Below, piece after piece: positions 42,123-51,919 of a DNA stretch of 64,000 nucleotides. The stretch is from assembly GCA_050250895.1 (NCBI GenBank), contig JBFWNU010000005.1, positions 384,001 to 448,000 on the forward strand, written 5' to 3'. The first letter of the stretch is position 1; each line of letters begins with the position of its first letter. Both the position numbers and the translations under genes were made by a program. The notes under the pieces were generated by a model that had not been told where the DNA came from, did no database searches, and worked only from the letters and a program-made list of their open reading frames with translations. The DNA comes from Vulcanimicrobiota bacterium. Lineage in GTDB: Bacteria; Vulcanimicrobiota; Xenobia; Xenobiales; JADMJV01.

Positions 42123-43859
42123 GTGTCCCCCCAAAAGGTCCTAAGGCTCTGCTTGCTCGGGTTGCTGTTGCTCGGGTCGGCCCAGGCAGAAGAAGGCCTC
42201 TGGCCACCGGGTCTCTTTCCCGAGCCGATGAGCGCCAGCCTGCAACGCCGGGTGATGCAAGCCAGCGTCAGGCTCGGTCACGGGGGGTCGGGAGGACTGG
42301 TCTCGCCCCGCGGCCTGGTCGTGACCAACTATCACCTGGTGCAACCTTATCTCACCCCGCTTTCGGTCGAGCAGCATGGCTTTCTGGCCGGCGCTATCGA
42401 AGAAGAACTGGTCTTGCCCGGCCTGAGCGTGGAGTTGCTCGACTCTTATCAAGACGTCACCGCCGAGGTGAAGGGGGCGGTGGAACAGGGCCGGAGCCTG
42501 GCCGAACTCGAGTCCGGCTACCAGAGCCCCGACCTCAGGTGCCAACTGGTCCCACTGTATGGAGGCGTTTACTACCATCTGTATCGCTATCGGGTCTATT
42601 CCGACGTGCGGTTGGTCATGGTTCCCGAGCAAGAACTCGCTCTTTTCGGGGGGCAGCAGGACAACTTCGTCTTTCCCCGGGCTTGCCTCGACATCGCCTT
42701 CTTGCGGGTCTATGACCAGGGGCAGCCGCTCTCGAACGCCGAGTTCTTTCCCTGGCGGCGCCAGGGGGCCAGGCCCGGCCACTGGCTTTGGGTAGCCGGC
42801 AGCCCGGTCGAGACCTGGCGTGAGTTGACGGTGGCTCATCTTCAGTATTACCGTGAGCGGCGCCTGCCTTTGCGTCAGGCCTGGCTAGAAGGTCAAGCCG
42901 CGGCTCTGGCCGAGTATGCCAGACTCTATCCAGACCGAGCGGCCGCGACGGCCCCCACGGCCGCCCTCATCGACAACTCTCTGGTCGCCGTGCGGGCCAA
43001 GCTGCAGCTTCTTTCTGAACCTGCTCTGATGGCTGACAAAGAGGTGGAGGAGTCGCTGGTTCGCCAGCCCGGTCCCTGGAGTGTGGTGGGCCAGAGTCTG
43101 GAACGGTTCAGCGGCTTTGACCGGGCCTATGAGTTGCTGGTCGAAGGGGCGGCCTTTCCGCGGGCTTTTCTGGAGGCCGATGATCCCGAGTTGCGACGAC
43201 TGCGGCTCGAGGCCAGTTTGGCCTTGATTCCCCGCTTTTTGGGGCCGGACCCGGCCGTCGAGTTGTGCCTGGGAGGCCGCAGTCCCGAACAGTTAGCTGC
43301 CGAGTTGAGCCAGTCGCCGCAAGGCTTGGAAGAGCTGCGCGGACGGTTGGCCGAGCTTCGCCAGCAGCTGAGCGAGCGCTACCGGCGCGAGGTGGGCGAG
43401 CCCCTGCGGCGGGCCTATCTCGAGATTGGGGAGGCCCGCATGGCCGCCCGCATGCGGGCTCCCGACGCCACCGGCACCTTGCGAGTGTCGGTGGGCAAGA
43501 TGTTGTGGGGACATACCACGCTGGGGGACCTCTATCGCAAGCGCCGCCAAGCCCGCGGGGCTTTCCCCTTCGAGCTACCCTCGGGCTGGCTGGAAGCCCC
43601 CGGGCTGCATCTCGATATTCCCCTCAACTTCGTCTGCGGAGCCGATAGCAGCAACGGCAGCTCCGGCAGTCCGGTGCTCGATTCGGAAGGTCGTCTGGTC
43701 GGCATTCACTTTGACCGCGACCGCCCCGGGCTGGCCGGCGACTTTCTCTATGAGCGCGAGCGAGCCCGCAACATCTGCGTTCATCCAGCCGCCGTCATCG
43801 AGGCCCTCGAGGTGATTTACGGCGGCGACAGCCTGGTGCGCGAACTCGAGGGCGTCTAG
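42123..43859 (+). CDS. S46 family peptidase (dipeptidyl-peptidase-like), shortened
   Basis: EEGLW, GSGGLVSPRGLVVTNYH, FGG..DNF.FPR..LD, PDATGTLRVS.G, GSSGSPV. Confidence 0.85.
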   Translation: MSPQKVLRLCLLGLLLLGSAQAEEGLWPPGLFPEPMSASLQRRVMQASVRLGHGGSGGLVSPRGLVVTNYHLVQPYLTPLSVEQHGFLAGAIEEELVLPGLSVELLDSYQDVTAEVKGAVEQGRSLAELESGYQSPDLRCQLVPLYGGVYYHLYRYRVYSDVRLVMVPEQELALFGGQQDNFVFPRACLDIAFLRVYDQGQPLSNAEFFPWRRQGARPGHWLWVAGSPVETWRELTVAHLQYYRERRLPLRQAWLEGQAAALAEYARLYPDRAAATAPTAALIDNSLVAVRAKLQLLSEPALMADKEVEESLVRQPGPWSVVGQSLERFSGFDRAYELLVEGAAFPRAFLEADDPELRRLRLEASLALIPRFLGPDPAVELCLGGRSPEQLAAELSQSPQGLEELRGRLAELRQQLSERYRREVGEPLRRAYLEIGEARMAARMRAPDATGTLRVSVGKMLWGHTTLGDLYRKRRQARGAFPFELPSGWLEAPGLHLDIPLNFVCGADSSNGSSGSPVLDSEGRLVGIHFDRDRPGLAGDFLYERERARNICVHPAAVIEALEVIYGGDSLVRELEGV

Positions 43860-44875
43860 GAAAACTTGGAGAGATAGTTGTAGAAGAAGCTCGAGCCGGT
43901 GTCTTCGATGAGTTCCATGTCGGGTGAGCTGTTGAAGACCTTGTGGGATAGGAAGGTCTTGCCGAGCAGCTTATGGGGCTTTAGCTCGATCTGGGGAGCC
44001 GCCCTCGAGATGGTGGTGTGCACCAGTTCGACGCAGCCGAACGCGCTGTCGTCGGCGAGATTGAAGGTAGCGTCGTAACCCTTGCCCACATGGCGATTGG
44101 CCTCGGCGGCCGCCTTTTCGGCCTGGCCAGGCTGATAGGCGGGTCGAAGGATGCGAGCGTGGTGGTTCTCGGCCAGCAGTTCGTCGACCGGGCGCTTGAG
44201 CACGCCGTCGCCCCACAGAGCCTCGACCACCTGGCCGTCGCCGACATAGAGAGCGGTGTGGCTCCAGCCACCCCCGATGCCCAGCAATACCTCGGGAATC
44301 TCGAGATCCAACCACTTATCATGGTTGGTGATGACGATGTCGCCGGGTTGAAGATTGGCTTTGAAGTGATCGATCTGCTGGGGCGAAAGGGTGGGGTGGG
44401 AAGTATAGCTGACATCGGATAGACGCTTGAACAGCTTGCCATACGAGAAGCCTTTGGTCTCTTGACGTAGCCGGTCTGAAGTGATGTCGATGTTGAGCTT
44501 GTCGAGCACCGTCCCCAGGGTAACGCCGACAAAACCTCCGGCCATCCCGCCGACCACGCGACCCAGCGGCACCACTCCCTCGAACTTGCGGTTGCGAAAT
44601 TCGGTCAGCAGGCCGACGGCCAGACCGGCGGCGCCCCCGATCAGCGTGCCGGCCGGCCCGAGAGTCGAGCCGACGCCGGCTCCGAAGCTAGTGGCCAGGG
44701 TGGGCACGGCCAATCGTCCGGCCAGGGCTCCAAAGCCCGCCAGCACGGTGCCCAGGGCTTTGCTCGAAGGACTAAAGACCCGCTCTTCGAGAGTCGGCTC
44801 GGCGGGCGCAGGCGTAGGAACCTTGCCGGACGCGCTGCGGCTGGGCAAGGCCCCGGGTGAGGGTGAGATTTTCAT
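43856..44875 (-). CDS. permuted papain-like NlpC/P60 (YiiX/YebB) protein with N-terminal glycine zipper
   Basis: LQPGDIV, WSHTALYVG, GKGYD..F, CVELV. Confidence 0.82.
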   Translation of the reverse strand: MKISPSPGALPSRSASGKVPTPAPAEPTLEERVFSPSSKALGTVLAGFGALAGRLAVPTLATSFGAGVGSTLGPAGTLIGGAAGLAVGLLTEFRNRKFEGVVPLGRVVGGMAGGFVGVTLGTVLDKLNIDITSDRLRQETKGFSYGKLFKRLSDVSYTSHPTLSPQQIDHFKANLQPGDIVITNHDKWLDLEIPEVLLGIGGGWSHTALYVGDGQVVEALWGDGVLKRPVDELLAENHHARILRPAYQPGQAEKAAAEANRHVGKGYDATFNLADDSAFGCVELVHTTISRAAPQIELKPHKLLGKTFLSHKVFNSSPDMELIEDTGSSFFYNYLSKFS

Positions 44876-44964
44876 TGGTGCTACCTTTCCACGGTTAATC
44901 TAGCTCGATGGTCTGAAAGAATCGTGACAGGGAGCCTTGCCTGAGTAGCCAATAGAGGAGCCCC

Positions 44965-46320
44965 ATGACGAAGGTTGTTCTGGTGGGCGCCGGCAGCGCC
45001 CAGTTCGGCTATGGAACCCTGGGCGAAATTTTCGCCAGCGAGGCTTTGCGCGACTGCGAGCTGGTCTTGCATGACATCAACGGTCTGGCCCTCGAGCGGG
45101 TGCGCAAGGCGGGTCAGGACTTTATCGAGGCCCACAACCTGCCGTGCCGGCTGACGGCCACCCTCGAGCGGACCGAAGCGCTCCAAGGTGCCGACTTCGT
45201 GGTCATCTCGATCGAAGTGGGGGACCGCTTCGCCCTCTGGGATCAAGATCGCACCATCGCCCAGCAATACGGCATCCGTCAGGTCTTTGGCGAGAACGGC
45301 GGGCCGGGCGGGCTGTTTCACTCGCTGCGTATCATTCCGCCCATTCTGGCCATCTGTGAAGACGTGGCCCGTCTGTGCCCCCAGGCGTACGTCTTCAACT
45401 ATAGCAACCCGATGAGTCGCATTTGCACCACCGTCCATCGGCACCTGCCCGAGGTTCGCCTGGTGGGTTTGTGCCACGAGGTGGCCTCGCTCGAGCGTTA
45501 TATCCCGCCGATGCTGGGAGTGCCTTACGAGCAACTCTCGCTGCGGGCGGCCGGGCTCAATCACTTCAGCTGCCTGCTTACGGCCCGCTATGCCGACGGC
45601 CGCGACGCCTATCCCGACATTCGGGCCAGGGCTCACCAGTTCTTCGCCGAGGTGCCGGGCAGCAGTGACTATTTCCAGCATTACCTCGACACGGGTTACA
45701 CGGTCGACACCGAAGGGGCCCGCAGTCTGGACGAGGCGGTGGTCAAGGCCGCCCGCCAGTGGACCGAGCGCACCCTGTTTCGGTTCGTGCTCGACCATTT
45801 CGATCTGCTGCCCATCACCAGCGACAGCCACTTTGGCGAGTATCTCGGCTGGGCCTGGGAGGTGGTCGACCACCAGGGGATTCTCGACTTCTATCGCTAC
45901 TATCAGCTCTTTCTAGCCCAGGTCGAGCCTAAGATCGAGCTTTCGGTCAAGGAGCGGCTGGTACCCATCATCGAGGGCATCCTCACCAATCAGAGCTTCG
46001 AAGAGCCGGCCGTCAACGTGCCCAATCGGGGTTACCTCAAAGAGCTGCCCGAATGGCTCGCGGTCGAGGTTCCGGCCATCATCGACGCCAGGGGAGTGAC
46101 CGGCGTGAGTCTGGACGAGCTACCCAGGGCCTATGCCGGTTTGCTGCAAAACCAGGTCGCCGTGCACCAGATGACCGCCGAAGCAGTGCTGACCCGCTCA
46201 CGCAAAGCCGCCGTCCAGGCGCTACTGGTCGATCCCGTGGTGGACCGGGCCGTGTGCGCCCGCGAACTGGTCGAGGTGATGTGCAACCTGCAAGGCCCGT
46301 TTCTGGGCTATCTGCAGTAA
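44965..46320 (+). CDS. glycoside hydrolase family 4 (alpha-galactosidase/glucosidase)
   Basis: GAGSAQF, GADFV, GENGGPGG, NYSNP, GLCH, GLNHF. Confidence 0.93.
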   Translation: MTKVVLVGAGSAQFGYGTLGEIFASEALRDCELVLHDINGLALERVRKAGQDFIEAHNLPCRLTATLERTEALQGADFVVISIEVGDRFALWDQDRTIAQQYGIRQVFGENGGPGGLFHSLRIIPPILAICEDVARLCPQAYVFNYSNPMSRICTTVHRHLPEVRLVGLCHEVASLERYIPPMLGVPYEQLSLRAAGLNHFSCLLTARYADGRDAYPDIRARAHQFFAEVPGSSDYFQHYLDTGYTVDTEGARSLDEAVVKAARQWTERTLFRFVLDHFDLLPITSDSHFGEYLGWAWEVVDHQGILDFYRYYQLFLAQVEPKIELSVKERLVPIIEGILTNQSFEEPAVNVPNRGYLKELPEWLAVEVPAIIDARGVTGVSLDELPRAYAGLLQNQVAVHQMTAEAVLTRSRKAAVQALLVDPVVDRAVCARELVEVMCNLQGPFLGYLQ

Positions 46321-46707
46321 CTAACGGTGTTTGCCCTTGCCTTTGGCCTCGACCTTCTGCTTGACTTTGCCCGGGGCCGTGCCGGTCAGTCCGGGTGGAC
46401 CGCCGTGAGGGTGATCGGGGTGGTATTTCACGTGCCAGGCGTAAGGGTCTTCGATGCGGATGACCTGGGGTAGGTATTCGGGAGCCACGATCACCTGGAC
46501 GGGGTTGTCGAGTTGCAGCTGAGAATAGGTGACGCGGGCGCCGCCCATCTCGAAAGTGGCGATGCTCGAGGGTACCAGATAGCTGCCCTGGGGGCCGCTC
46601 ACCATGACGCCTTCAGGGTAGAGGCCGTAGACATTGCCGCTGAAAGGGTCAGCCCCCGCCGCCGCTGCCAGGCCTAGAATGGCCAGACAGGTAAGAATCG
46701 TGCGCAT
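46321..46707 (-). CDS. hypothetical secreted protein with HPxHPHGGPPG motif
   Basis: AAGGAGG RBS, signal peptide; follows pilC. Confidence 0.7.
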   Translation of the reverse strand: MRTILTCLAILGLAAAAGADPFSGNVYGLYPEGVMVSGPQGSYLVPSSIATFEMGGARVTYSQLQLDNPVQVIVAPEYLPQVIRIEDPYAWHVKYHPDHPHGGPPGLTGTAPGKVKQKVEAKGKGKHR

Positions 46708-46717
46708 AAGCTCCTCC

Positions 46718-47941
46718 TTAGAGATTGTTGAGCAGTTGGATCATCGGCAGAAAGGAGGCCACCGTGATGAAACCCACGATCGTGCCCATCACTGCCATGA
46801 TCAAAGGCTCGATCAAAGACGACAGGACCTCGAGTTGGTGGTCCACCTGGGCTTCGTACATGGCCCCCACCTTACCCAGCATCCGGTCGAGGGTACCGGT
46901 TTCTTCGCCCACTTTGACCATTTGTAGGGCCATCGGGTTGAAGGCGTCGTACTTCTGCAGGGCGGTGTAGATGCCTGCGCCGTTGAGCAGTTCCTCGCGG
47001 GCCCACTTGAGCTTGGAAGCAAGCACAGCGTTCGAGGCCACCCGCTGCACCGTGCCCAACACCTCGGCCAACGACACGCCAGCGTCCAGCATCGTCGACA
47101 TGGTGAACAAGACCCGGGCTTGAGCGCTCAGCTCGAGCAAAGGACCAAGGACCGGAATCTTGATGACCCAGTGGTCGATCTGATAGCGCAGGTGAGGAGC
47201 GTTGTCGAGGTTCTGATAGATCTTGTGCAGGGCGAAAAAGCCGAAGGCCATACAGCCGAAGATCGGAACGCCCACTGCCGGCTTGGCCGCCATGGTGGCG
47301 ATCCAGACCAGCAGTCGCGTGGGCCAGGGCAGGGACACCCCCAGGTCGGTAAAGACCGGAACCATCATGGGGATGATGTAGAAGGTGAACAGCAACAGCA
47401 CGCCCACGCAGACCACCGCGATCACGGCCGGATAGGCCATGGTCGACTGGACCTTCTTCTGCATTCGCACCGTCTTCTCGAGCAGGTCGGCCAGTCGCCT
47501 GAGGGTGGAGTCGAGCGTTCCCGAGTCCTCACCGGCCTTCGAGAGCGCCACGAAGACATCGCCGAAGGTCTTGCGATAGGTGTCAAAGGCCTGCGATACC
47601 GAGGCCCCTTCTTCGATTTCGTTGGCGACGTTGTTCATCACCACGTTAAGCCGGACGTCTTCGCCCTGGCTGCAAAAGCGAACAGCTCGATTGACCGAGA
47701 TACCGGCGTTGACCATGGTGGCCATCTGGCGACAATAGACGGCCAGGTTGTCCTTTTTCACTCGCGGGGCGACCTGAAGGCCGAGCCCGGACGCGCCGCG
47801 CTCGCGCTTTTCTTCCACCAACAGCACCCGTTTATGGACCTCCATGAGCCGCTGGGTGACCCACTCGGCGCTCGGCCCGCGCATGCTGCCATGGATGAAT
47901 TCATCCTCGCAGTCGATGGCTTTGAAGACGTACAGTCCCAT
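46718..47941 (-). CDS. pilC: type II secretion/type IV pilus inner-membrane platform protein (GspF/PilC)
   Basis: RQMATMVNAG, AGEDSGTL, AYP, LPWPT, VGEETG.LD, LIEP. Confidence 0.93.
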   Translation of the reverse strand: MGLYVFKAIDCEDEFIHGSMRGPSAEWVTQRLMEVHKRVLLVEEKRERGASGLGLQVAPRVKKDNLAVYCRQMATMVNAGISVNRAVRFCSQGEDVRLNVVMNNVANEIEEGASVSQAFDTYRKTFGDVFVALSKAGEDSGTLDSTLRRLADLLEKTVRMQKKVQSTMAYPAVIAVVCVGVLLLFTFYIIPMMVPVFTDLGVSLPWPTRLLVWIATMAAKPAVGVPIFGCMAFGFFALHKIYQNLDNAPHLRYQIDHWVIKIPVLGPLLELSAQARVLFTMSTMLDAGVSLAEVLGTVQRVASNAVLASKLKWAREELLNGAGIYTALQKYDAFNPMALQMVKVGEETGTLDRMLGKVGAMYEAQVDHQLEVLSSLIEPLIMAVMGTIVGFITVASFLPMIQLLNNL

Positions 47942-47949
47942 TTCCCCTC

Positions 47950-49893
47950 CTAGTAGGCTACCGGCTGTTCCACATAGGCCCTGAGCCGAGGATGGCCAGT
48001 GCCCAACGTGGGCCAATAGGGCAGATCGTTGTTGGGATCCAGCGCCAATTGCCCGAACTGGCTAAGGTTCCACATCTCGGTGTTGAGTTGGCCAGGGGTG
48101 GACTCGACGCCATGCACCAGGCTACCGATCAGGTTGAACGTGCCGCCGTTGGGAATGTCGAGGCCCGGCCCGCCCGGGTTGGTGGGATTGCTCAGCAGCT
48201 TCTTGTCCATGCCGAGTAGGTGCGAATAGACGTAGTAATTGTTGTCGAAGGTGGTGTTGGTGATCGAAAGGGCAAGTTCTCCTTTGTAGGGCGCGCTGCC
48301 GATGCCCGCCACGTTTTGGGGGTCTCCGGCCAGCAGGCCCAGCACGTCGGACTCGTCGGTTTCTACCGGCTGTTGGCCGCGCGCCGTATCACTCTTGAGA
48401 ATCTCGCCCGTGATCGCGATCGAGCCGGCGGCGGCGATGGTCTTACGACCTTTGGCCGTGCCGGAGATGGAGTCGATGTCACCGTTGACGAGGATGGTAA
48501 AGCTCGCGTCGTTGGGGTCCACATTGTGGGTCTGCAGAACGTTGCCGGCCGCGTCGCTGACGACCAGTTTGCCAGAGTTAAAAGTCTGGCCGCCGATCTG
48601 AGTGCCGTTCTCGGTCACCAGCGTGATGCACACCATCGCGCCGTTGCCCCCGTTACCGCCGTTGCCCCCGTTACCGCCGTTGCCCCCGTTACCGCCGTTG
48701 CCTCCGTTACCGCCATTGGCTCCGTTGCCGCCATTGCCTCCACTATTACCATTGCCGCGCGCGGCCAGCAGCATGCGGTTATGGCGGCGCGGAATCAGGT
48801 TGTCCCGGTCGCGAACGTAGAGAGTGTCCTGGCTGGCCAGCACACGAGCTGGACCCACCATCGAGAGGGGGCCGTCCAGGGTCAGTTTGAGGGTCTGGTT
48901 GCCGCCCACAGGTGCGCCGCTGCTGGGATGAACGGGCAGACCAAAAGAGGGCGACGCCGAGTTGGTGTCGGTCACCAGAGGAGTACCATCGGGAGCCGTG
49001 ATCACCAATTTGAAGTCGGTGACCCCGCTGTCGATGAAGATGCCGCCGGTGGTGTTGGTGCCGTTGTCGGGAATCGTAATCGTTCCACTGGGCACGGTGG
49101 CGCCCAGCACGTCGTTTTTGATCTCGGTAAAGACGGCGTCGACATCATCAAGATTCTGCACCGGGTAGTTCGAGACAATCCCGTTGGAGCCGTCACGGTA
49201 GACGCTTTCGTACTGAGACTCGTTGACGGTGGCCGGATTGCCCGCGTAAGGGGCTCCTCCGCCCAGATACTTGTCTCCCTTTGGGCTGCCCGATTCGGCC
49301 TGGGTGGCGTAGACGACACCCTGAAGGGGAGCGTTGGCGGGACTACCGCTGAAGTTGTGGCTGCTGCTGTCCATCTTCCAGATGCCATTGAAATAGACAT
49401 CGCCCGAGATGGGCACATCGAGGGGCCAGGCCGTATTAGGGTTGCCGCTTCCGCCGCCCTGAAATCCCTCGAAGTAGAAGGCATAGTCCAGCAACGCGTT
49501 GGTCATCTCCAGCACGGCCACCACCCGGCGCCGGGCCTGGCCACGCAGCACGCCCTCGGAGGTGATCCGGAAGGTTCCCGAGGCCAGGGGCTCGACTTTG
49601 GTGATCTGCCAGCTCCACTCGTTGTCGAGGGCACCAGATTGGCCCACCAGGCCAGCGGGCGGGTTGCCATCGGCCAGCCATTTCGAGGCTTCCACGATAC
49701 CGGCGTCGGCCGCGTAGGAGCCGCGCGTGGCGATCCCTTCTCGGAGCGCCGAGTGGAGTTCGGTGGGCACTAACTTGATGACCGCCAGGGCCAACAGATT
49801 CAAGACGATCAGAAAAAAGATGGTCAGGATCAACACGCTGCCGCGGCGATTGGGTGTTTCTCGATAGCTTGCCTTCATCATGTTTCCTCGCAT
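47950..49893 (-). CDS. PilX-like minor pilin/adhesin with internal (GGN)n linker
   Basis: RRGSVLIL pilin-like start, YAADAG, ITSEG; GGN repeat. Confidence 0.75.
   Translation of the reverse strand: MRGNMMKASYRETPNRRGSVLILTIFFLIVLNLLALAVIKLVPTELHSALREGIATRGSYAADAGIVEASKWLADGNPPAGLVGQSGALDNEWSWQITKVEPLASGTFRITSEGVLRGQARRRVVAVLEMTNALLDYAFYFEGFQGGGSGNPNTAWPLDVPISGDVYFNGIWKMDSSSHNFSGSPANAPLQGVVYATQAESGSPKGDKYLGGGAPYAGNPATVNESQYESVYRDGSNGIVSNYPVQNLDDVDAVFTEIKNDVLGATVPSGTITIPDNGTNTTGGIFIDSGVTDFKLVITAPDGTPLVTDTNSASPSFGLPVHPSSGAPVGGNQTLKLTLDGPLSMVGPARVLASQDTLYVRDRDNLIPRRHNRMLLAARGNGNSGGNGGNGANGGNGGNGGNGGNGGNGGNGGNGGNGAMVCITLVTENGTQIGGQTFNSGKLVVSDAAGNVLQTHNVDPNDASFTILVNGDIDSISGTAKGRKTIAAAGSIAITGEILKSDTARGQQPVETDESDVLGLLAGDPQNVAGIGSAPYKGELALSITNTTFDNNYYVYSHLLGMDKKLLSNPTNPGGPGLDIPNGGTFNLIGSLVHGVESTPGQLNTEMWNLSQFGQLALDPNNDLPYWPTLGTGHPRLRAYVEQPVAY
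48640..48755. repeat. 9/18-bp coding tandem repeat (Gly-Gly-Asn)n
   Basis: Repeated ccgttgcccccgttaccg. Confidence 0.85.
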
Positions 49894-49895
49894 TC

Positions 49896-50531
49896 TCAGT
49901 TGGAGACCCTCAGCGATTCGTGGGGCACGTGGAGGATAGTCTCGAGGTCGTGCTCGATGTCGCGTTCCTGCCGGTTGGCTCCGCGCGTCTTGCCGCGCAT
50001 CAAGAGCCGGACACGCAGCGCGTTGGTGCTCTCACGAGTGACTTCGAACTCGACCAGGGTCGTCTGTCGGTCGGTGTGAGCCAGGCTGCGCGGAGCTAAG
50101 TTCGGATCGGTGTCCCAATTGCTTCCGTTGGCAATTACCCGCTCCAGCAGCAGGTCCCCGTTGCGCAGGACCACGCGGTAGGTGTGATACGTAATGTCGC
50201 CGAGGCCGGTGGCCGACAGAGCGCTGGTGGTGGGACTGGGATAGGCCGGCTCCAGCCAGTCCTCGGTGGTGGAAACCACCAGTTCGCTGGCGGTGGTGCC
50301 GTTGCTGTCGGGCACGTAGATGGTCTGGCCCGAGCCGGGAAAGGCTGACAGCACCACCGGGGTGAGGCGCTCCATTGCCTGCCGACCTTTGGTCTGGATG
50401 TTCACTCGGGTGCTGCCGTGGTCGTAGCTGGTATAGGACTGGTTGTACACGACCGTCAAAACCAGCCCGATAACCGAAACCAGGGCCATGGTGATCAAGA
50501 GTTCGGGCAAGGTGAATGCTTTTTGTCTCAT
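49896..50531 (-). CDS. type IV prepilin-like protein (PilW-like)
   Basis: KAFTLPELL class III signal. Confidence 0.88.
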   Translation of the reverse strand: MRQKAFTLPELLITMALVSVIGLVLTVVYNQSYTSYDHGSTRVNIQTKGRQAMERLTPVVLSAFPGSGQTIYVPDSNGTTASELVVSTTEDWLEPAYPSPTTSALSATGLGDITYHTYRVVLRNGDLLLERVIANGSNWDTDPNLAPRSLAHTDRQTTLVEFEVTRESTNALRVRLLMRGKTRGANRQERDIEHDLETILHVPHESLRVSN

Positions 50532-50995
50532 GGTGCCCCCTGCAGAGCGATCAGCTCCACATTTCGCTCGCTACCCCGCTCAAACCAATAGACCCGTACG
50601 GTGATGGTGGCGAGATCGTTGTCGGCGTTGTAGCTGATGGAGATGTTGCGGGTAAAGTCGGTCCCGCCGGTCACTTCCGCACCCCCTCCCGACTGAAAGG
50701 GGGCCGCCGCCAGGGGGGTCCGGTCGCTGGGCGAAGCATCCACCAGTCCGGTCACAGGAGTGGTGGAGAAGGGAAAGTTGTTGATCCGGATCTGAGCCAC
50801 CAGTTGACGCGCGTGGTTGTTTGCTTCAGACATGAGGACACCATGCTTGGTAGCCTGGGTGCCATAGATGAAAGTCGAGATCAGCCCGAGGATACCCACC
50901 GAGAGGACGCCGACAGCTACCAGCACCTCCACCAGGGTCATCCCTCGTTGCCTAGATTTGCACAATGATGACTCCCTTCCACACCTCGCTCTCAT
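50528..50995 (-). CDS. type IV prepilin-like protein (PilV-like)
   Basis: RGMTLVEVLVA class III signal; true start may be slightly downstream. Confidence 0.88.
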   Translation of the reverse strand: MRARCGRESSLCKSRQRGMTLVEVLVAVGVLSVGILGLISTFIYGTQATKHGVLMSEANNHARQLVAQIRINNFPFSTTPVTGLVDASPSDRTPLAAAPFQSGGGAEVTGGTDFTRNISISYNADNDLATITVRVYWFERGSERNVELIALQGAP

Positions 50996-51256
50996 TATGT
51001 CACTACGGCGGCCATCGGTAATTATCCGCAGGCATAGCCTGAGTGTATAGAATCCGTGGTCCCAGTAGGGCGGACCGAGCGGGGAACTTCGTGTCTAATG
51101 GCGAAAAATTTAGTAGATCCGAGGGAGGTTTTCGAGAAGAAAAGTAGGACGGATTGACTGCGGCTGAGCGAGCGTTCGTGCGCTACACTGGTTTTATACG
51201 GATGGATATATACCGAGGCATAGAAGTTTTTCAGGAGGTCGCGTTATCTGGTCAGA

Positions 51257-51919
51257 GTGGATACTATGGTAGAGTGTGCCCTAGATAAGCGACCCATCAA
51301 AGTTATGCTCGTAGACGACCATCCGGTGGTGGTGCAAGGTTTGCGAGCTCTGCTGGAGGCGGATTCCGGCTTCGAGATCTGCGCCGAGGCCTATGACGGC
51401 AACCAGGTGCTTGACCTGATCGACTCGAGCCAGCCCGACGTGGTCCTCATGGATATCCGAATGAAGGACATGGGAGGGCTCGAGGCGACCCGGCAGATCA
51501 AGGCCCGTCACCCCGATGTGTCGGTGATCGTTTTGACGGTGTATGACGCCGACATCTATGTCAGCGAGGCGGTTCGGGCCGGAGCGTCGGGCTATCTGCT
51601 CAAGGACAGTTCTCCCGAGTTGCTCATCGGCGGGATTCGCTCGGTCGTTCAGGGCGGAGTCCTTTTTTCGCGCGAACTCGCCTTTAGCGCCCTTCATGCC
51701 CGTTCTGAGACTCCGGGCATTGGCGCGCTGACTCCCCGAGAACTCGACATCCTGACCATGATGGCCCAGGGCAACACCAATCGGGCCATCGCCGAGCAAC
51801 TACATCTAGCCGAGATTACGATCAAGAAACAGGCCCAGAGCCTCATGCGCAAATTGGGAGTCAATGATCGGACCCAAGCTGCCGTGCTGGCCGTACAGTT
51901 AGGACTCATCGACGCTTGA
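51257..51919 (+). CDS. NarL/LuxR family response regulator
   Basis: VDDHPVV, DIRM, GYLLK, LTPRE..IL...AQG.TN..IA. Confidence 0.95.
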   Translation: MDTMVECALDKRPIKVMLVDDHPVVVQGLRALLEADSGFEICAEAYDGNQVLDLIDSSQPDVVLMDIRMKDMGGLEATRQIKARHPDVSVIVLTVYDADIYVSEAVRAGASGYLLKDSSPELLIGGIRSVVQGGVLFSRELAFSALHARSETPGIGALTPRELDILTMMAQGNTNRAIAEQLHLAEITIKKQAQSLMRKLGVNDRTQAAVLAVQLGLIDA

